Shown piece after piece: positions 1-7,300 of a DNA stretch of 33,135 nucleotides. Both the position numbers and the translations under genes were made by a program. The stretch is taken from contig CAKZRH010000082.1 in assembly GCA_937144695.1 (NCBI GenBank), forward strand, positions 1 through 33,135, given 5' to 3'. How positions within the stretch are numbered: the first letter of the stretch is position 1; every line of letters begins with the position of its first letter. The notes below the pieces were generated by a model, which worked only from the letters and a program-made list of their open reading frames with translations, did not search any database and was not told the DNA's origin. The stretch comes from an uncultured euryarchaeote. Its GTDB lineage: Archaea; Thermoplasmatota; Poseidoniia; Poseidoniales; Thalassarchaeaceae.

Positions 1-106
1 GTCCTTGTCCTTGGCCCTGACCTTGACCCTGTCCTTGTCCTTGGCCCTGTCCTTGACCCTGTCCTTGTCCTTGACCCTGTCCTTGACCCTGTCCTTGTCC
101 TTGGCC
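1..106 (-). repeat. Imperfect period-6 tandem repeat encoding Gly-Gln dipeptides
   Basis: The + strand reads gtcctt/gtcctt/ggccct/gacctt/gaccct..., which is GGA-CAA, GGC-CAA, GGT-CAG and GGA-CAG codon pairs on the - strand, in frame with the ATG at 622. It is unbroken from 106 to the window edge. Confidence 0.9.
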
Positions 107-622
107 ATCTGGAGCACCGCCGCCACCTTCTGTTCCACCACTACCTTGTCCTTCTTCTTGGTAGTCTGGATCATATGCGTCTGGGATTCCATCTCCATCA
201 GAATCTTGTGCTGCTCCATCATTAGGATCATTTGGATACGGATCGTTCGCATCATCGGTTCCATCAGCATCTGTATCAGCTAAGTTAGGATTAGTTCCAG
301 ATTGATACTCTTCTAAATTTGTTAGAGTATCTCCATCTAAATCTGCTCCTGAATCACTGGCAGAATTAGGATTTAGGCCATAACCTGCTTCCCAACCATC
401 GCCCATACCATCATTATCTGTATCGGCATTATTCATATCAGTACCAGCATTTTGCTCCTCAGCATTAGTAAGACCATCACCGTCCCAATCAGCTCCACCA
501 TCGGTAGGATCTAGTGGGTCTGAACCCCCATCTCCATCCGGATCAGCATTTACTCCTGATGATCCTGCCATTAGTACCAGTAATAGTGCGATTATCATAC
601 TTGTATTCTTTTTTGTTTGCAT
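1..622 (-). CDS. Secreted thrombospondin-type-3 (TSP3)-like calcium-binding repeat protein with a C-terminal (GQ)n tract. Partial: the 3' end runs off the left window edge.
   Basis: Absent from the ORF track because it has no stop codon in the window. Reading the reverse complement from the ATG at 622-620 gives MQTKKNTSMIIALLLVLMAGSSGVNADPDGDGGSDPLDPTDGGADWDGDGLTNAEEQNAGTDMNNADTDNDGMGDGWEAGYGLNPNSASDSGADLDGDTLTNLEEYQSGTNPNLADTDADGTDDANDPYPNDPNDGAAQDSDGDGIPDAYDPDYQEEGQGSGGTEGGGGAPDGQGQGQ... This shows a signal-peptide-like N-terminus, at least five DxDxDG acidic loops, then GQ dipeptides down to position 1. The + strand ORF 5..283 (MSLALTLTLSL...) is its antisense shadow. Confidence 0.75.
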   Translation of the reverse strand, partial: MQTKKNTSMIIALLLVLMAGSSGVNADPDGDGGSDPLDPTDGGADWDGDGLTNAEEQNAGTDMNNADTDNDGMGDGWEAGYGLNPNSASDSGADLDGDTLTNLEEYQSGTNPNLADTDADGTDDANDPYPNDPNDGAAQDSDGDGIPDAYDPDYQEEGQGSGGTEGGGGAPDGQGQGQGQGQGQGQGQGQGQGQGQGQGQGQGQGQG

Positions 623-666
623 TTTCTTTTTCACGTCCAAATTAAATTTGTAAAGCCTGTTGAATT

Positions 667-674
667 TATTTAAA
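667..674 (-). promoter_or_regulatory. Candidate archaeal TATA box (TTTAAATA on the - strand) for the TSP3-like gene
   Basis: The + strand tatttaaa at 667-674 reverse-complements to TTTAAATA. It ends 45 nt upstream of the ATG at 622, consistent with a short leader. Sequence match only. Confidence 0.35.
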
Positions 675-903
675 TTATAGAGAATATTCACCTAATTGAA
701 GTTATATGAAGAGCACATAAAGTAATCAAATATACTGCATAAAAGCTACATTGAGCTGCATTACAGTCATTTTAATTCTCACTAATTTTTATCTGCTCCT
801 CCTATTTCTAACTTCCAATTCCACGGGCTTTCATAGGGAACCCACTGTTCCCTCTAAGCTTTTGAGAGTAGTATAAGCTATTTCAAACATTCCCGTATCA
901 ATG

Positions 904-1266
904 TCAAGGGGTTAATCGGGAAAGTTCAGCTGAGAATTTTGTACTTCTAAGTATATGAAGTACCGGAACTATTAGTGATGACAATAATAAAATTACGAAT
1001 AATATACTAGACCATAACTCAATTCCTCTGCCTATTGAGATATACAAAATCCATCCAACTAGTAAAACAAACCAAGGTAGGACTCTCTTGGTGTATAGTA
1101 TAAATCTGGCATTTACTAATTCATCTGAGTATAGTTGTGGAGTTTCTTCTTTGGAAGCCAGGCCGCTTTCAACTCCGCATCTTGCACATACCTGGTATCT
1201 AGGCCCATTACCAGAGATAAATTGACTTTCTGGGTAGAATTGTTTGCACATCCTACATGCCGGCAT
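904..1266 (-). CDS. Small membrane protein with an N-terminal Cys4 zinc ribbon followed by two TM helices
   Basis: ORF 904..1302. The codon at 1302 is TTG, and the first ATG at 1266 gives MPACRMCKQFYPESQFISGNGPRYQVCARCGVESG... (CxxC-19-CxxC). Hydrophobic segments VLPWFVLLVGWILYISI and LWSSILFVILLLSSLIVPVLHIL follow. It lies 10-46 nt downstream of the giant gene stop on the same strand. The start is ambiguous (1266 ATG or 1302 TTG). Confidence 0.6.
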   Translation of the reverse strand: MPACRMCKQFYPESQFISGNGPRYQVCARCGVESGLASKEETPQLYSDELVNARFILYTKRVLPWFVLLVGWILYISIGRGIELWSSILFVILLLSSLIVPVLHILRSTKFSAELSRLTP

Positions 1267-1311
1267 GATAATCAAGCTAACCAGATGTGGTTTATCCTTC
1301 AAGTCTACGGT

Positions 1312-4300
1312 TCAGCCATCTAACGCATCATCAATAAATGAAGTATCGATATCATCAGAATTTGATACTTTTTCTTCCAAATCATCTGCTAATTCATTCA
1401 GATCTTCCAGGTCTATTTCTTCTGATTCTTCAGTCATTAATTCGGACATAGTATCTTCTTGTATAGAAGGAATTTCGGGAACAGAAAGTTCGTCATCAAA
1501 CATTGATATTAAATCCTCAGAGAGTGATTCACTCGAGGAAATAGTTTGAGAGTTCTCAATAGCCTCAATAGCCTCAAATTCAGAATTTTCTGTCTCAAAT
1601 TCCTCTTCTAGTTCTTCAATTTCTTGTGTACCCATTTCCCATGGCTCTGGAACAATAGATTCCTTTGGTCTAAGAATTAAAATTCCACCTAGAAGAATCA
1701 TCAAAGCAGAGAATATTGCTATTATTGTGTTTAGATCTCCATTCATTAGTTGGTCCAATAGAGATTCGTCAGAATCAATAATGGTAGAAACCGGATTACC
1801 TAAGTTATAGTCTTGAAGAGGCAGAAGAGATATAGGACTAGTTGCAAATCTGTTTACTTCCCCATCAGATGCTACTACGGAAATCCAATAAGTTTGAGTT
1901 GAATCTATTGAAGAAGGACCAATAGAATCAAATGAGAAGTTACTATTGATAATTCCTGATGAGATTAGTAGTGCCTCTCTTGTATCTGAAAATTCAGTAT
2001 TACTCGCATAAACTGAATATGACTTTACTATATCCTCTTCGGACATATCCCACAAAATATTGATTCTAAATCCATCTGATTCCCAGAATACGATTAAACC
2101 TGTAACTTCTGGTAGATTTATGCCCGGATCTTGTGATAGTTCGTCAACAGGACTAATCATACTTGATTCGAGACTATTCTCCCATGCATTTCCAGAGCCA
2201 TCCACTGCGACTACAACAACCCATACTGGGACATTAGCAATAATTTCGCTTCCATTTGAGTATTTCTCAAGAAGAACTGTATTATTTTCTCCTCTATCTA
2301 AAATCAATGCTGGTTGAATATTTTCAACACTTTCAATTGGACTGCCTGGTACTGCGTAAATTCTGTATTCAGATATGTCATTTGCATCACTGGGTTCAAA
2401 TTCAACAAAAATAGCATTTCCAGAATCAGAAGGTCTATCTGTCAAAATTGGAGATGGGATACGATTCGGTGGAGATGAGTCTCCTCGATTATCAATAGGT
2501 GTTACAAGAGACATAATCATATCCAAACCTGTGAGTTTAACATTTCCATTAATATCGTGAACGGTTACTGCAACGTACAATGGAACTGATGGAATAATTT
2601 TCTGTGATTGTAAGGTCTCAATATTTGTACCATACAGAGCTTTATTCACGGTGAGTTCTAATTGCTTAGAGTTTCCAATCTGTCTTTGATTTACAATTGT
2701 CAAATCACAATTATCATTTTGAGTACATTGTGAATAAAGAGTAGTCAAGTCATCTAAAGGATAGTCAGAAACCCAAACTGTATAATGGCTGAAATCAGTA
2801 GCTTCTGATCTATCCCAAGAAAGATCAATTGCAGTTCCATCATCCATTGGATGATCCCAAGCCTGAAGATTTGAAACGAGATTTGGAGGAAGTCCTGAAG
2901 TGGAGTCTAGTTGTGAGTTAGGAGTCATCTCCACGACTAAAACATTCTCAACATCTTGATTGCCCCAATCATCTACTGCAACAACTCCAATCCAGTAGAC
3001 AATTCCATTTTCAAGATTGGAATCTCCAATTTTATCTACTACGGTCATATTAGTACTACAATCTGGAATATATTCTGCCACTGGCCATCCTTCAACACTT
3101 GTCGGTGGAATCCATCCTGTGGCTGGGAGAATGTAAATTACATGATAGGAGCAGTCTTCTTCACTATTTGGAGTCCAACTAACCTGGATTTGTCCACCTT
3201 CATCATTTGGTACGTCATATGCTACTGTATCTGTTATTGGAACAGGAGCAATTCCATCATTTAGTCCGCCAGCTGTAACTACTGGGCCGAAAATTGTTGC
3301 CTCAGAGGGTTTAGATTGTCCTGATTCATCAACACAAACTATTGCTAACCAATAGGGTGAATTTGGATCTAAATTGAGGACTGTAGAGTTTCCAGCTGAA
3401 CTGCTAATGTCTATTGGATCTGGTAATGCAATAGCATTAGTTATCTCCTGCTTAACTGCCCAAATTCTGGAGAATTGTGGATCTAGTTCTTCACATGCTG
3501 ACCATTCAATGGATAATGTTCCTGGAGTTCCGCCTGATATTGGTTCTGCTTTAATCCAGTCTGGTGGATTAGGAATCTCATCAGTTGGGGTAGTGTTTCC
3601 TGTCCAAGTAATAGGCTCACCTAAACTTCCATCTGGATATTCGATTGATATTGCAGACCTATATTGTCTTGTATCACTCAGGGCAGTTTGAGTTCCATTC
3701 CTATCAGCAAAATAAAATTCTGTGGATGTTTGAGTCCAAAATGGAATCCTTTCATAGACTGAAAAGTCTTCTAAATCATCTTTAGTAGGGGTCCAGTCGG
3801 GAATATCAGTTGAATCCCAGATGTACAATCTATAGGCTGTCCAAGCAGAATCCTGTGCTGGAAGCCAATTTGCTGTTAGTACCCCGCCACCATCATTTGG
3901 CCTATCAATCAAATTTGTAATTATTGTTGGTGATTCTAATCTTTCCCAGTCATATGTTAAACGTATCTTTATTTTACCATCTGTAGGAGACTGAAGCTGA
4001 AGATTGACAAATGAAGACATTGAACCTGGTTCAGAAGAAAAAATAGCTGTTTGGAATGATTCGGCTACAGAAGGATTAATTGATGCAAAATCCCATGAGC
4101 CTGAATAATTCAACATATTTGAACGAGCCCAAATCCAAGACCAATCTTGAGGAGAAGAAAAAGTTATTTTCCCTGGATAAAGAATTAGTTCTTCCGAAAA
4201 TTCCTGTGTCGGCTCTAGTGGGATTGTAATGGGGTTATCTGCAGAAGCAAGAACTGTAGGCATTCCAGGGTGAGTAGTTTCAGTAATTTCCCATGTGTTA

Positions 4301-7300
4301 AAATCATATATGACGTTGAGAGGTTCAGCTCTCCTTTGATCGACACGTGGAATTTCCTGTAGAGTTTCGGTGTTACTGAATGCATGTAATCCATCTTCAT
4401 CAACAGCAATTAGCCATTCTGAGTTAGAATCGATATCTACTGCACCGGGGAAGCTCTTCAGAGCTTTAACTTCATGATTACCATCAACTGTAAAAACGCT
4501 AATTCTATTCGAAGAAATTGCTGAAATATGAATTCCGTCAGAGGTTAAGTCAGTTACAGGCCATCCCTGTAAATTGAATGCTCCAGGTCCTGATTCCATT
4601 GTCATAGATGTTCCATTCCAATGGACAATTGGTTCACTGGATGTAGCAATATGAACTCCCCAATAATCTGATGTAATAGCAGTTACTTCATTACTAGGCA
4701 ACATATCTATGTTATAGGTTCCATTTGATTTATCTGTTGCTAAATCCCATGCACTTACTCCTGGACGAGTGGATCCTAATCCATCATGTGAAATGAAAAG
4801 TGAAGCATCATGATGAAGAATTACCTGATTTCCAGTATTTGAGTCATTAACAACTCTGGTAACTGCATCAGCATATGTTATTCCGGCAACAGAATCACCG
4901 ATTAGACCATCTAACCTTCCAATTTCTCCTAAGAAATTGAAATTTGAGTTGAGAATTACTAACCCATTGGGTCCGCCTGTAATAATGGTTCCATTATTCA
5001 TCAATGGAGATGGTGGAATGAACAAATGAGAAATTATAGAATTCGGTAAACCATTAATTGATGTTATCGGATTGTCCCAATCAGATTTTGTTGTATTCCA
5101 AAGTCCTATCCCTCCATCAGTAGCTACTAAAATATGGTCTTCATATTCAACAAAGTCATTTACCGCATTATTAGGTAAACCAGCAATAAGACTTCCTAGT
5201 CCCCATTGTCTATCCTCAGGGAAAAATGATTGGAATCCTGCAGAACTACCATCCATTCCAATTAGTCCGACATAGATCTTTTCGTCTTCAATAATTACTG
5301 CATCCATCTGATTGTGGAGGGAAACAGGAGTGGGTATGAATAATTTATTTGTTAAATTGATTGACCATAGGCCATTGCCCATTGTAGTTAGCCATATTTC
5401 ATTATCCACTAGTAGAAGTTCGTTAATTGACTCTGATTGGAATTGGTAACCATATTGCCAATCAATAGTATTATTTTCAGAAAACACACCTTGTAAAATC
5501 GTAGAGGCGGAATAAGAAAAACGGGATCCAGCTACTGTAACCCAAACATGTGTTTCATTAGAAATCATATCATGTATTTGCCCAGAAGTTAATCCAACTA
5601 ATGCATCTATTCCCCCTTCAATCAATCCAGAACTATCCAGTCTATCGACTCTATTGATTCCTGAATCATCTCCAGATCTACCTATAGAAAATGATTCCCA
5701 AGGTACTATTCCAAGAACATTAGGCTCTGGAACAATAGAGCATGAATCAATTCCAGTTCCAATAGTCTGACCATTGGAAAATGTAATGCCTGCAGTATTT
5801 ACTACTGAAATTCCCCCTCCATCTTCATAGTGTGAAATTAATAGAGTATTTCTGTAGTGTAGCATTCCACCTGGGAAAACTTTGGCGGATGAGATGCCAT
5901 CTTGTTCAGTAATAGTTGGAAGGAAACTGTCTGTTTCGTAACTATACCTATCAATTCCTATATTTTCTTCATCGAATCCTACATATAATATTCTATTAAT
6001 TTCATCACATGCCAATGCCCTAGGATCTTGATTTGATAAATCAGAATTTGATGTAGTTGAGGGAGTTAGCCATTCATTAGTAATACCATTTCCATCATGG
6101 TCAGCGAGATCGAACCTAGCAATTCCACCACCTGTTACCCACCATCTCCAATCTGTAAATCCTATTGCGAAGTGAATAATATCGTCGCAGACAATAATAT
6201 CTGCTCCATAGCCATCTGGGATCTCGGAAGTATCCATCGGCCAAGTTGACCAATTACTATTATTTCCAGAGAGATGTAGTATTAACCCGTCATCACCACT
6301 TCCAGAGGAAGCCCACAAATCATCACCAATAACTTTCATTGAGTAGAAATCAATTTCTGATTCTGATGGCAGTCCTGAATCTGGAAGCCAAGATTCCAAC
6401 CATGTCTCATTATCGGGATTCCAACGTAGAATGCCATTCATACTCGCAAAAAGATATTCTCCTTGATATTCGACCATTCCCCTTATCCTACCATCAATAT
6501 CATCCCATTGGTCTAAAAGGGTCATATTTCCTGCAGAAAATCTTCTCAATATATTGTCTCCATATGCCACCCAAAGTTCACAAGAGGAAAGATATGGGAA
6601 ACAATCGCCCAAATATTGGGCATTAACTCTTCCAACATCATCAATAGTTTCTAAATTATCTGACCAAAAGTTTGTGGACAGGTTCCATCTTATTATTGTT
6701 CCATCATCGATATTTCCGCCCCAACCTGATTGGCCAATTCCAATCCAAATTTCATTTCCAACTTTACTCATATCGTAGATTATTCCATCATAACCTAACC
6801 ATTCACCTGCATCCATTGTTTCCAAAGTTGAATTAGAAGAAATATCAATTCTAGTAACTTGGTCTCTAGAATTCCACTGTTGTCCGCGTTGAGGAGAATA
6901 ATATATTATACCATCAATCAGCAATAGTTCTCCAGGTGCTTGATCTGGTAGTGTTGGCCCATCTTCATTTGTTCCTCTATTCCATTTAATTGATGAAGTT
7001 TCATTGATTACATCGATTAAAGTTAGACCGAAATCTCCACCAGCCCAGATGGTTCCTTCAACTTGACCTTCAATGAGTACTGTGACATCATCATCATCAA
7101 TTATTCCAAAAGATCCATCCCATATTGGTAACCAAGTCTTAGTTGTTAAATTATATCTAGCTATACCAATATTTTCAAAACCTAGGTAGAGAATATTGTT
7201 ATGTTTCAAAATCTTAGCTCTTTGTGTATCATCTCCTGCAGTCCAAATATCTACTACAGTACCGTTAGAAATATTGATTACTGCAGCACCTTGATTAGTA

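Noticed and set aside
5-283. + strand ORF of 92 aa (MSLALTLTLSLSLALSLTLSL...) listed in the ORF track
   Set aside because: It is the antisense reading of the (GQ)n repeat and the TSP3-like gene. Its periodic L/S/T low complexity is a direct by-product of the hexanucleotide repeat. The - strand reading has a signal peptide and recognisable Ca-binding repeats.
1244-1549. + strand ORF of 101 aa, Ser-rich (…SSKSSANSFRSSRSISSDSSV…)
   Set aside because: It is the antisense shadow of the GAA/GAT/GAG-rich codons of the giant protein's acidic tail, and it overlaps two - strand genes.
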